DNA of 64,000 bases from Eubacteriales bacterium (lineage in GTDB: Bacteria > Bacillota > Clostridia > Oscillospirales > CAG-272): positions 644 through 64,643 of the forward strand of contig JAZSEA010000101.1 of the NCBI GenBank assembly GCA_045531455.1. Reading direction: 5' to 3'. The notes beneath the pieces are model-generated. The model ran no database searches, was not told the origin of the DNA, and was given only the letters and a program-made list of their open reading frames with translations. Both the position numbers and the translations under genes were made by a program. The first letter of the stretch is position 1, and each line of letters begins with the position of its first letter. Of this stretch, positions 1-9,189 are shown one piece after another.

Positions 1-62
1 TCATGCGCAACAATAGCTATTTCCATTTATCTCATTCCTTTCGCTTTGAATTTACGTTGCCT

Positions 63-878
63 TTATGAATAAAGAAGCTTTCTTCTTTTTTTTTCGGGGA
101 GGTAGGACATTATCGGTATCCTCTCACCGCAGAGTCTGCGCGCTACCTCGTCGAAGGCTTCGCGCGCCTTTTCGCGGTCACGGCGCATCTCGCAGGCAAG
201 CTTGCCCGAGATCTGTGCCTTCTCGAGATCCTTTGAATCGGGAATAACACCGATCAGCGGCACGTGGGTGTGGTCGATCAGCCAGTTGAGACCGGGGCTT
301 GTGCCGTCGAGGACGCCCTTTTTGTCGTAGCTGTTGATTATAAGATACTGCTCCTTGACGCCGAGATCCTCGAGCTGATAGCCCGTTTTTTCGGCTCCTC
401 TGACGGTCGTGGGCTGATGCGAGGTGACGATCAACGCGCCGTCTGCCGCACGTGCGACGAGCGGAAGCGTTCCGTCAAGCGCACCCGGGGTGTCGATGAA
501 AACGTACTCGCAGAAAAATTCCTTTGCCGCCGCTTCGACCGCCTCGGCGAACTGCTCGGGCGTGAATTCATCCTTCTTGAAATGGGGAGCGGCGATAAAA
601 TTGAGTCTTCCCTCTCTGCCGTCCTGCATAACGACTCTCGAGGCGGGAGCGCGACCGGTTACAAGATCGCAGATATCGTACACGACCTCTTCCTCACAGC
701 CGAGGATAAGATCGAGCGAGCGGTTTGAAAAGTCGCAGTCAACGAGCAGAACACGCTTGCCGTGATTTGCGACAGCCATAGCAATATTCGCCGCGACCGT
801 CGATTTTCCGACACCGCCCTTACAGGAGGTTATCAGAAAGGTTTTCGTTTTTTGCTGTACCGATTTAGCGGTTTCCAA
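63..878 (-). CDS. MinD/ParA-family P-loop ATPase
   Basis: 271-aa ORF. Deviant Walker A SCKGGVGKST near the N-terminus, followed by LLVDCD. TTG start lies 8 nt after GGAGGG. Family assigned from motifs only. Confidence 0.75.
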   Translation of the reverse strand: METAKSVQQKTKTFLITSCKGGVGKSTVAANIAMAVANHGKRVLLVDCDFSNRSLDLILGCEEEVVYDICDLVTGRAPASRVVMQDGREGRLNFIAAPHFKKDEFTPEQFAEAVEAAAKEFFCEYVFIDTPGALDGTLPLVARAADGALIVTSHQPTTVRGAEKTGYQLEDLGVKEQYLIINSYDKKGVLDGTSPGLNWLIDHTHVPLIGVIPDSKDLEKAQISGKLACEMRRDREKAREAFDEVARRLCGERIPIMSYLPEKKRRKLLYS

Positions 879-910
879 TCCGTTACCCTCCTTACAGAAA
901 CATATATTAT

Positions 911-940
911 ATTATACCATAACAAAGGTATCAATGTCAA
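911..940 (-). promoter_or_regulatory. sigma-A type promoter for the MinD/ParA-like gene
   Basis: Read on the minus strand: TTGACA, 18 nt, TGgTATAAT (extended -10). Lies about 32 nt upstream of the TTG start. Confidence 0.5.
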
Positions 941-996
941 TCGAATTTATAAATATTTTTAACGCTTTTTTAACTTTATATTCTCTATTAATTGAC

Positions 997-1031
997 AAAA
1001 GCCGACCATTCGAAAGAATGAATCGGCTTTT
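997..1031 (-). terminator. hairpin terminator after the nagB / TIGR01440-family gene pair
   Basis: Arms AAAAGCCGA-CATTC and GAATG-TCGGCTTTT with a GAAA loop, starting 6 nt after the stop at 1037. T-rich on both sides. Confidence 0.5.
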
Positions 1032-1036
1032 GTATT

Positions 1037-1588
1037 TTAATCGGGATAGATCGCGCGGCAGCCGCCGATGAGTTTCGGGCGGGTACGGGCGCAGGTGATG
1101 GTTGCGTTTCCGATCTTTGAGGTGCTTACTCTGACGGGGACGGCAACTGCTTTAAGATGCATTCCGATAAGGGTCAGACCAATATCTATACCCGCGTGAG
1201 CCGCAATGCTTTCAACTGCTACGGGAGATTCAAGCTCCGACCATACCTTCGTTGCCCAAGAGCCGCCCGCGTGGGGATGGGGCATTACGCAGACTTCGGG
1301 GAGATCATACTTCTCCATACACTCGCGCTCAACGATCAGCGCGCGGTTGAGGTGTTCACAGCACTGCGCGGCGAGGAATATTCCCTTTTCGTCAAGGATC
1401 GGCTTGACCGCCGAGAAGATCGCCTCTGCGGCTTCGGCGGACGAGTCCTTACCGATCCTTCCGCCCGCAACCTCGGAGGTCGAGCAGCCGATGACAAGGA
1501 TATCGCCCTTCTTAAGCTTTGCCTCGGCGAGAAGTTCGCAAAGAACGGCCTCCGCCTCGAGCTTTACTTTATCAAAAAATTCGCTCAT
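1037..1588 (-). CDS. TIGR01440 / UPF0340 family protein (YwlG-like)
   Basis: 183 aa. Motifs VIGCSTSEVAGG.IGK, QCCEHLNRAL, GMHLKAVAVPVR and KLIGG.RA.Y match my recollection of the YwlG family. Confidence 0.65.
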   Translation of the reverse strand: MSEFFDKVKLEAEAVLCELLAEAKLKKGDILVIGCSTSEVAGGRIGKDSSAEAAEAIFSAVKPILDEKGIFLAAQCCEHLNRALIVERECMEKYDLPEVCVMPHPHAGGSWATKVWSELESPVAVESIAAHAGIDIGLTLIGMHLKAVAVPVRVSTSKIGNATITCARTRPKLIGGCRAIYPD

Positions 1589-1590
1589 AA

Positions 1591-2325
1591 TTAACCGTTG
1601 TATGCCGCCTCGTCGCAGAATACGTATACGTTCTTATGCGAACGGAGGAGGGTTACGGGCGCGTTTGTGGTGTACTTGCCGCTGAGAAGCATCATAAGTG
1701 CATCGTGCTTTTCCTTGCCCGATACAACGAGAACGATGCACTCTGCGGAAAGAATGCCGTCCATACCCATTGTGATAGCGTGGCGCGGAACGTCATCGCG
1801 GGTCTCGAAGAAGCGGGAGTTTGCGTCGATGGTGCTCTCGCAGAGGGAGGTAAGGTGAGTTGCTCCGATGAGCTCCTCGCCGGGCTCGTTGAAGCCGATA
1901 TGACCGTTGCGTCCAACGCCGAGAAGCTGGATTCCAACACCGCCTGCGGCTGCGACCTGCTCGTCGTATGCCTTGCAGAATGCATCGGGGTCAGCGCACT
2001 TTCCGTCGGGGACGAAGGTGTTTGCCTTGTCGATATTTACGTGGTCGAAAAGGCGGTCGTTCATAAAGTAGCGGTAGCTCTGCTCGTGGGTGGGCTCAAT
2101 GGGATAATACTCGTCAAGGTTGTAGGACTTGATGCCCGAGAAATCGATCTTTCCCGCCTTGTTATCCTCGATAAGGCAAGCATAGATGCCCTCGGGGGAG
2201 GAGCCTGTTGCCAGACCGAGAATACCCGTCGGATTCTCTCTTATGTAGTCGGCGAAAACGTCAGCCGCACGGCGGGACATTTCATCATAATCCTTGCAAA
2301 CGATAACTCTGTCTTTGGTAAGCAT
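1591..2325 (-). CDS. nagB: glucosamine-6-phosphate deaminase
   Basis: 244 aa. Motifs LGLATGSSPEGIY and GVGRNGHIGFNEPG. Confidence 0.9.
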   Translation of the reverse strand: MLTKDRVIVCKDYDEMSRRAADVFADYIRENPTGILGLATGSSPEGIYACLIEDNKAGKIDFSGIKSYNLDEYYPIEPTHEQSYRYFMNDRLFDHVNIDKANTFVPDGKCADPDAFCKAYDEQVAAAGGVGIQLLGVGRNGHIGFNEPGEELIGATHLTSLCESTIDANSRFFETRDDVPRHAITMGMDGILSAECIVLVVSGKEKHDALMMLLSGKYTTNAPVTLLRSHKNVYVFCDEAAYNG

Positions 2326-2500
2326 GATTTGTACCTCTTTCGTTTTTATATTATTAGTTATATTATACTCGTTTTCAAAGGGAATTTCAAGTCTTTTCGG
2401 AAAATTCCGCCAACCTTTTTTGACGCTTTTGCCCGAAGTTTGTCATATAATGTTATTGGGATGAAAAATCCCGATGAAAAATATGCGAAAGGACAACGAT

Positions 2501-3352
2501 ATGGCAACATTCTTCAATCGCGCGACTCTGACCTACGGCGCGAATTCGATCACCTCGAATACCGTAAGCGGCGAGATCGTGCAGACTCTTTCACTCACCA
2601 AGACCGCGCTCTCCGAGGAGTATATCCCCGGCTCGACCGTGACCTACGTCATTGCTCTGCGCAACAGCGGCATCACGACCCTGAGCGGTCTGACGCTGAC
2701 CGACGATCTCGGCCGATTCACAAATGCCGACGGCATCGAGGTCACTCCTCTCAGCTTCAACGAGGGCTCTCTGCTTTACTACGTGAACGGTGATCTCACA
2801 GCTCCTCCCACAGTCACTTCGACCGATCCTCTGACACTTGGCGGTATAACCGTCCCCGCGGGAGGTTCATCCTTCATCGTCTACAGCGCGACCGTGAACT
2901 CCCGGGCTCCGCTTGAGGTCGGTTCCGTCATCACCAATACCGCCACAGTATCGGGAAATAGCGCGCTCGGAGACATCAGCGCAAGCGAGACGATCAGCGC
3001 GGCAGAGACTCCTCTGCTCTCGATCCTCAAGTCGCTCTCGCCCGAGACGGTTACAGAAAACGGTGCGTTGACCTACACCCTCCTTATCGAGAACCGCGGT
3101 AACGCACCCGTGACCTCCGATCTTTCCGTCAGCGACACCTTTGATCCCATTCTCGAGAACATCACCGTGACCTACAACGGTACCGTTTGGACCGAGGGAA
3201 CCGACTACACCTATGACGAGGCGAGCGGTCTCTTCACCACTCTTCCCGGAGCTATCACGCTTCCTGCGGCGACCTACGTAAGAGATCCCGCCACAGGCGA
3301 GGTCGGCGTAGTGCCCGGTAGTGCGGTCATACGCATCAGCGGAACGATTTAA
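2501..3352 (+). CDS. DUF11 (conserved repeat domain) protein with two repeats and no signal peptide
   Basis: The ORF track starts at 2474. I prefer the ATG at 2501, 7 nt after GAAAGGA. Two beta-rich segments (SLTKTA...TYVIALRNSG and SILKSLSPE...LTYTLLIENRGNAPVT) are typical of DUF11/TIGR01451. Confidence 0.6.
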   Translation: MATFFNRATLTYGANSITSNTVSGEIVQTLSLTKTALSEEYIPGSTVTYVIALRNSGITTLSGLTLTDDLGRFTNADGIEVTPLSFNEGSLLYYVNGDLTAPPTVTSTDPLTLGGITVPAGGSSFIVYSATVNSRAPLEVGSVITNTATVSGNSALGDISASETISAAETPLLSILKSLSPETVTENGALTYTLLIENRGNAPVTSDLSVSDTFDPILENITVTYNGTVWTEGTDYTYDEASGLFTTLPGAITLPAATYVRDPATGEVGVVPGSAVIRISGTI

Positions 3353-3363
3353 GATAAAGAAGT

Positions 3364-3405
3364 AAAAAAGGATCTGACTCATATGAGTCAGATCCGATTT
3401 TATTT
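3364..3405. terminator. bidirectional intrinsic terminator between the convergent DUF11 gene and ispH/rpsA
   Basis: Perfect 26-nt palindrome GGATCTGACTCATATGAGTCAGATCC, flanked by A6 upstream and TTTTATTT downstream. Confidence 0.75.
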
Positions 3406-3415
3406 CGTAATGAAA

Positions 3416-5467
3416 TTATTCAGCATCCTCTGCGTAGCCGTCATCGATCTCAGCCTCGGTGGGCTCCTCAGCGGTCTCCTCAAGGAGAGCTCTGATAGAG
3501 AGGCTTACTCTCTGCTGCTCATCGTCGATCTTGGTGATCTTAACGGTAACGGTCTGGCCCGAGGTAAGAACGTCGGCGGGGTTCTCAACGCGGGTAAGAG
3601 CGATCTGGGAAACGTGAATAAGGCCGTCAACATCGTCGGTGATCTTTGCAAATGCACCGTAGGACATAATGTTGGAAACGGTTACATCGAGAATATCGCC
3701 CTCAGCGTACTGGGACTTGAATACCTTCCAAGGATGGGTCTCCTCGGTGCGGTAGCCGAGAGTGATCTGCTTCTTCTCAAGGTCGAAGGACTTAACGAAT
3801 ACAGTAAGCTCGTCGCCGATATTGAGGATATCAGCAGGCTTATGTATCGGCTTCCAGGACATTTCTCTCTTGTGGAGCATACCGTCTACGCCGCCGAGGT
3901 CGATGAATGCGCCGTACTCGGTCATTCCTCTTACCTTACCGGTGTAGTACTTGCCCTCTTCGATCTCTGCCCAGAATGCAGCCTCGAGAGCCTTTCTCTC
4001 TTCTCTTGCGGACGCACGGATAGAACCGACTGCGCTCTTGCCCTGACCCTTGAGCTCGATAACCTTGAACTTAACGGTCTGGCCAACGAGGGTTGCAAGG
4101 TCGCCGCCCTTCGGAACTGTGGTCTGCGATGCGGGTACGAAAATTCTTGCGCCGTAGAGCTTGATTACTACGCCGCCCTTGACAGCCTCGGCAACAACAC
4201 CCTCAAGGTTCTCGCCGCTTTCCTTGGCATCAACGATGATATGCCAATTCTTGTCAAGATCTGCGCGCTTTTTGGAAACGGTTGCGCATCCGTCAACATC
4301 GCTGACGCGGATAACAAATACATCTATCTCGTCACCGATCTTGTACTCGGAACTCAGCTTCAGAGAAGCATCGTCGGATATCTGATCGGCGGTCAGTATG
4401 CCGGTAACTTTTGCGCCGAGGTCGAGTTTGATCTCAACGTCGTTTACTGCAATAACAGTACCGGTAACGGTGTCTCCTGAACTTAAAGTTTTGATTGCTG
4501 AGTCGAGCATTTCGTCAAAGCTGATTTCTGCCTTGTCGAGTTTGATTTCGCTCATTTTGTTGTATACCTCCTCTATAATGCCGCCGGGCGTCGATGCACC
4601 TGCGACAATCCCCACTTTTTGTGGGATGCTCGGAATTGATCCTTCAAGCTCTTGCGGCTCGGAAATGCAGATCGTATTTTTACAATGCTCACTGCAGATC
4701 GCGTAAAGCTTTGCGGTGTTTGAGCTGTCGCGTCCGCCGATGACTATGACCGTCTCGCACGCTTTAGCAAGCTCTTCCGCTTCAAGCTGCCGAATTTCCG
4801 TAACATTACATATTGTATCAAAAATTTGTGCCTTTGTATATAATTTTTTGATAATATTTAATGAATTTTTCCACTCCGTTAACTTTTGAGTGGTCTGTGC
4901 CGCTACTATCGGCACAATATTGGGATTATTTGGTAATATTTTGTTTTCTATCGCGGACTCAAGCTCCGCGGCTGTCGAATAGACGAAATGCCTTCCCTCG
5001 AAATAACTGACGATGCCGACGACCTCGGGATGCGTTTCGGCACCGATCAGAACAAAGATCGGCTCCTCGCCCTCGTTCTTCGGAACACAGTTTTCCGCCG
5101 CGATGCGGTGGATCTTCTTGACGTAGGGGCAGGTGCAATCGACGTAGGAAAATCCTTGATATTTTTCAGTAAGCGAATCGAGCAGAGCACTCGTCTGCTT
5201 TGTCACTCCGTGTGCGCGGACAAAGACCGTCACGGGGCGTCCGTTTTCGGTTTCCTTCGCGAGAGATTCAAGCTCTTCGATGCTCGTGATACCGACGCCG
5301 TCAGCGGCAAGCTGCGCGTTGTAAGTGTCGTTATGTATGAGCTTACCGAGCGTGAAGATCCTGTCGCCGTCGTGAGCCGCTATCTTCTCCGCTATCATAT
5401 CGGTCGCTCGCTTGACTCCGAAGCAGAAGCCCGCGTGCTTGGCAACCGTTATCTCGTGCCGCGTCAT
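3416..5467 (-). CDS. ispH: bifunctional 4-hydroxy-3-methylbut-2-enyl diphosphate reductase / ribosomal protein S1 fusion
   Basis: 683 aa. The N-terminal ~280 aa are IspH/LytB-like (GFCFGVKRA, HNDTYN). The C-terminal half has four S1 repeats (G.V..V...GAFVDLGG type). This fusion is known in Clostridia. Confidence 0.85.
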   Translation of the reverse strand: MTRHEITVAKHAGFCFGVKRATDMIAEKIAAHDGDRIFTLGKLIHNDTYNAQLAADGVGITSIEELESLAKETENGRPVTVFVRAHGVTKQTSALLDSLTEKYQGFSYVDCTCPYVKKIHRIAAENCVPKNEGEEPIFVLIGAETHPEVVGIVSYFEGRHFVYSTAAELESAIENKILPNNPNIVPIVAAQTTQKLTEWKNSLNIIKKLYTKAQIFDTICNVTEIRQLEAEELAKACETVIVIGGRDSSNTAKLYAICSEHCKNTICISEPQELEGSIPSIPQKVGIVAGASTPGGIIEEVYNKMSEIKLDKAEISFDEMLDSAIKTLSSGDTVTGTVIAVNDVEIKLDLGAKVTGILTADQISDDASLKLSSEYKIGDEIDVFVIRVSDVDGCATVSKKRADLDKNWHIIVDAKESGENLEGVVAEAVKGGVVIKLYGARIFVPASQTTVPKGGDLATLVGQTVKFKVIELKGQGKSAVGSIRASAREERKALEAAFWAEIEEGKYYTGKVRGMTEYGAFIDLGGVDGMLHKREMSWKPIHKPADILNIGDELTVFVKSFDLEKKQITLGYRTEETHPWKVFKSQYAEGDILDVTVSNIMSYGAFAKITDDVDGLIHVSQIALTRVENPADVLTSGQTVTVKITKIDDEQQRVSLSIRALLEETAEEPTEAEIDDGYAEDAE

Positions 5468-6087
5468 TTCTCTTCCTCGCGTCCGAGCTCGCAGATGCGG
5501 TCGAAGATATACTGCGTGATCGCTCTCGAATCACCCTCAAGCTCGCCGCCCTTGGTGTATTCCTCATAAGGAATGGGATCGCCGATTATGATCTTGATCC
5601 TTCTGAACGCCTTGATGCGGTAATCCTTGGTCTTGATATGGATGGGAAGGACGTCTGCCTTCGATCTCGATGCGATAAGTCCCGCGCCCGCCTTGATGGG
5701 AGTGGTCTCGGGTTCAACGCCCGCGCGTCTCGTACCCTGTGGGAACATACCGACGCAATAGCCGTCCTCGAGCATCTTGATAGTCTTGATTATAACGTCG
5801 GCATTCGCGCCCTGTCTGTCGATCGGATACGCTCCGAGCTGACGGACGAGCCAGCCGAGAAAGGGGACCTTGAAAAGCTCCTTCTTTGCCATAATGCGGG
5901 GCTGATGCTTTTTAAGTACCGCGCAGATAAGCACGGGATCAAGGACGTGGATATGATTCGCGCAGACGAGAAGTCCGCCATCCGAAAGCGGAGGCTCCTT
6001 CTTTCTCGTCTTGCAGGAGATGCAAAAGATCAGTCTGGCAAGCCACGCAAGGATAAAGTGCAGAAACGCATAAAGCTTACTTTTCAT
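5464..6087 (-). CDS. plsC: 1-acyl-sn-glycerol-3-phosphate acyltransferase
   Basis: HX4D motif NHIHVLD and FPQGTR motif. Start moved to the ATG at 6087 (MKSKLYAF), 6 nt after GGAGG. The stop overlaps the ispH start (ATGA). Confidence 0.8.
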   Translation of the reverse strand: MKSKLYAFLHFILAWLARLIFCISCKTRKKEPPLSDGGLLVCANHIHVLDPVLICAVLKKHQPRIMAKKELFKVPFLGWLVRQLGAYPIDRQGANADVIIKTIKMLEDGYCVGMFPQGTRRAGVEPETTPIKAGAGLIASRSKADVLPIHIKTKDYRIKAFRRIKIIIGDPIPYEEYTKGGELEGDSRAITQYIFDRICELGREEEK

Positions 6088-6784
6088 ACTGCACCTCCGA
6101 TATGCCGAGCTTGTCCTTAACGATTTCGAGAAGCTTTGCAAGCGACTGCTCGGGCGTAAATCCGGTATTATTGAACATTATCGCGTCGTCAGCGGGCTTG
6201 AGGGGTGCGATCGCACGGCTCGAGTCGCGGTCGTCCCGCTCCTTGATATCGGCGAGGACCTGCTCATAGTCGGCTTTCTGTCCCTTTTCGATAAGCTCGT
6301 TTGTACGGCGCATAGCTCTCTCCTCCGCGGTCGCGGTAAGGAAGACCTTGAGCTGTGCATCGGGAAGGATAACGGTTCCGATATCTCTTCCGTCCATAAT
6401 GACGTTATTCGCGTCCGCGATGCTTCTCTGCATATCGAATAGATATTCGCGTACCGCAGGGATCGCGGAGACCGCGGAAGCGTAATGCGAGATCTCGTGC
6501 TCGCGGATACGGTCTCCGAGGAATTCGCCGTCGAGATACATATCCTGACGTCCGTCTTCGAATTTTGCCTCGACCCTGATATCCTTCAGCATAGCCGATA
6601 CAGCCGAAGCATCATCGGGAGCGATCCCCTTGCTTCGAGCGGCATATCCTACCGTACGGTAGATGGCTCCCGTATCAACGTAAGCAAATCCGAGCTTCTT
6701 TGCAAGTGCCTTTGCAAGCGTGCTCTTGCCCGCGCCGCCGGGACCGTCAATGGCAATTTTCATAGTAATATTTTTGTCCATCAT
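6077..6784 (-). CDS. cmk: cytidylate kinase
   Basis: P-loop IAIDGPGGAGKST. Classical cmk-rpsA neighbourhood. ATG at 6784 preferred over the upstream TTG. Confidence 0.9.
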   Translation of the reverse strand: MMDKNITMKIAIDGPGGAGKSTLAKALAKKLGFAYVDTGAIYRTVGYAARSKGIAPDDASAVSAMLKDIRVEAKFEDGRQDMYLDGEFLGDRIREHEISHYASAVSAIPAVREYLFDMQRSIADANNVIMDGRDIGTVILPDAQLKVFLTATAEERAMRRTNELIEKGQKADYEQVLADIKERDDRDSSRAIAPLKPADDAIMFNNTGFTPEQSLAKLLEIVKDKLGISEVQYEK

Positions 6785-6883
6785 AATATAAGACTCCAAA
6801 AATCACAAAAAGTTTCACGTTTTCACGTTTATTTACAGAATGTTTATATATTCGGTTCAAAACAAGCTGTTAAGTTGATGATC

Positions 6884-8149
6884 TTACTTTGCCGCGGCAT
6901 TTCCCGCAAGGAAAGCGGTCGACCAGGCGATCTGCAGATTGTAGCCGCCGGTATAGCCGTCAACGTCGATTATCTCGCCCGCAAAGTAAAGCCCCTCGCA
7001 GATCTTCGACTGCATCGTGCGCGGGTCGATCTCGTCCGTGGGAATACCTCCTCGGGTGATTATCGCCTCGTTTATCGGACGCAGACCCGAGATCGGAACG
7101 CGGAAGGCTTTGAAGGTCGAGACCATCTTTCTGCGCATTTCCTTTGTTATCGAATGGACCTTGGTATCCTGCGGGATGCCCGTCATTCCGATAAAGGGAA
7201 GGATCATCTTGCTCGGCAGAAGATCGCCGAGTGCGTTTGCAAGATCGCGGTTCTTGTACTTCGAGAAATCCGAAAGCAGACGCGCGTCGAGAGTCGGCTC
7301 GTCGAGCGCGGGCTTGAGGTCGAGCAGGACGTCATATTTATCGGGAGTGATCTTTTCGAGCCTTGCTGACGCTGAAAGCGCCATCGGACCCGTCAGACCG
7401 AAATGCGTAAACATTATCTCGCCGAAATCCTCGTAGACCTTCTTTCCGCTTGCACGCTCAACGACCGTCAGAGCGGTATTCTTGAGCGACAGACCCTGCA
7501 TCGAGGGACAGAGCTTTCCGGGAGATACAAGGGGAACGAGCGATGCAGTAAGAGATGTCGGATGATGTCCGAGCGATCTTGCGAATCCGTGGCCGTCACC
7601 CGTTGATCCCGTTCTCGGATAGGAAACTCCGCCTGTTGCGAGAATGACACGGTCGAATTCGCGAGGCTTTTCAGCGTGTGTCATATGAACGGTAAAGACA
7701 CCGTTTTCCTTCGTAATATCCTTAACCGCGCCGCCGATAACCTTGACTCCCGAATACTCGAGATCGCGCACGAGAGCGTCAACTATATCTCTTGCCTTAT
7801 CCGACTCGGGAAAGACTCTTCGTCCGCGCTCGACCTTGGTCGGGACCCCGAGGTACTCGAAATGCTCGATGACCCTGCTCGGAGGGAAAGCCGAATATGC
7901 GGCATAGAGGAAGCGCGGATTTCGGGGGATATTCTCAAGAAATTCATCGCGTGTGCAATCGTTCGTGACGTTGCATCTTCCCTTACCCGTTATGGCGAGC
8001 TTCCAGCCCATTTTGCCGGGTCCGTTCTTTTCATAGAGAACGACCTCGGCTCCCGCATACGCGGCAAAGGCGGCGGCAGCCATTCCGGCAGCGCCGCCGC
8101 CTATTACGGCTACGCGGATATTTTCCGTAGAATTATCAAAATTATTCAT
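6884..8149 (-). CDS. HI0933/BaiN-like NAD(P)/FAD-dependent flavoprotein
   Basis: 421 aa. Dinucleotide-binding VAVIGGGAAGMAAA and C-terminal GLYFAGEIIDVDGYTGGYNLQ. Confidence 0.8.
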   Translation of the reverse strand: MNNFDNSTENIRVAVIGGGAAGMAAAAFAAYAGAEVVLYEKNGPGKMGWKLAITGKGRCNVTNDCTRDEFLENIPRNPRFLYAAYSAFPPSRVIEHFEYLGVPTKVERGRRVFPESDKARDIVDALVRDLEYSGVKVIGGAVKDITKENGVFTVHMTHAEKPREFDRVILATGGVSYPRTGSTGDGHGFARSLGHHPTSLTASLVPLVSPGKLCPSMQGLSLKNTALTVVERASGKKVYEDFGEIMFTHFGLTGPMALSASARLEKITPDKYDVLLDLKPALDEPTLDARLLSDFSKYKNRDLANALGDLLPSKMILPFIGMTGIPQDTKVHSITKEMRRKMVSTFKAFRVPISGLRPINEAIITRGGIPTDEIDPRTMQSKICEGLYFAGEIIDVDGYTGGYNLQIAWSTAFLAGNAAAK

Positions 8150-8173
8150 ACCAAAATTTCCGACAGGACAGGC

Positions 8174-9037
8174 TTACTCCTGTGCCTTATCGTAGACCTC
8201 GTATTCATCCCAGATTTTTTCAAGCTTATCAAAGCGGACTCTGATATCGTCCATCTTCTTGCGCGATACGGCAACGATGATGGCGTTGATTATCGAAAGC
8301 GGTGCTACAAGCGAATCGACAAAGGAGACAAGGTCGCTTCTCGCAAGCAGAAGCTGATCGGCAACTCCCGCGATCGGAGACTGATGACTGTCCGTCAGCG
8401 AAATAACGTCAGCACCCGCATTGTGCGCGTACTCGACGGCATTTACGATCCTCTTCGAGTATCTCGGGAAGCTGATCGCGATCATAACGTCATTCTTGCC
8501 GATCGACATGATCTGCTCGAACATTTCGCTGCCCGACGTTGTCTGAACAAACTTGACGTTGTCAAACATCATTCGGAAATTGAAATTCAAAAATCCCGCA
8601 AGCGACGAGGATGAGCGCACACCGATTATGTATATCTTTTCAGCCGCTACTATCTTATCGACAGCAGCCTCGAAAGCCTCGCGGTCGATCTCCTCGAGAG
8701 TACGGCGGATCTTTTCAGCGTCCGACATAAGTATCTTTTCAAGGACGTCGCCCTCTCCGATAAGGGAGTTGGTTACCTCAACTCGCTGAACAGACGTCAG
8801 CTTCATACGGATAAGCTCCTGGAGCGACTTCTGCATATCGGGATAGCCGTCAAATCCGAGCTCGATGGCAAATCTTACGACCGTCGACTCGGAAACTCCG
8901 ACGAGAGTTCCCATCTTCGACGCGGTCATATACGCCGCTTTGTCATAATGTTCAAGTATATATTTCGCTATTCTTTTCTGACCCTTCGAGAAGGTTGGCA
9001 TACCATCCTCGATCATTGCGATAAGATTGCGCTTCAT
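8174..9037 (-). CDS. MurR/RpiR-family transcriptional regulator (HTH plus SIS domain)
   Basis: 287 aa. N-terminal HTH_6-like segment (SKGQKRIAKYILEH...SESTVVRF) and a C-terminal SIS domain (IYIIGVRSS). Confidence 0.85.
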   Translation of the reverse strand: MKRNLIAMIEDGMPTFSKGQKRIAKYILEHYDKAAYMTASKMGTLVGVSESTVVRFAIELGFDGYPDMQKSLQELIRMKLTSVQRVEVTNSLIGEGDVLEKILMSDAEKIRRTLEEIDREAFEAAVDKIVAAEKIYIIGVRSSSSLAGFLNFNFRMMFDNVKFVQTTSGSEMFEQIMSIGKNDVMIAISFPRYSKRIVNAVEYAHNAGADVISLTDSHQSPIAGVADQLLLARSDLVSFVDSLVAPLSIINAIIVAVSRKKMDDIRVRFDKLEKIWDEYEVYDKAQE

Positions 9038-9076
9038 TCAATTTGCCTCCTATATTTTAATAAAGAGCCAAAAGTA

Positions 9077-9105
9077 ATTATAAACTATTTATCTCGGTTT
9101 GTCAA
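9077..9105 (-). promoter_or_regulatory. sigma-A type promoter of the rpiR-like gene
   Basis: Minus strand: TTGACA, 17 nt, TATAAT, both consensus hexamers. Lies about 40 nt upstream of the ATG. Confidence 0.6.
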
Positions 9106-9189
9106 GTAAATTTTCGTTTATTTTTGCAATATAACGCAACTTTTCTTGCATATTTTCAAAATGCGCGCAGAAAAACGGGTATATTTCCC

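Noticed and set aside
1-26. Possible start of another minus-strand gene (ATGGAAATAGCTATTGTTGCGCATGA, MEIAIVAH...) running off the left edge.
   Set aside because: Only about 8 codons are visible, which is too little to support a call.
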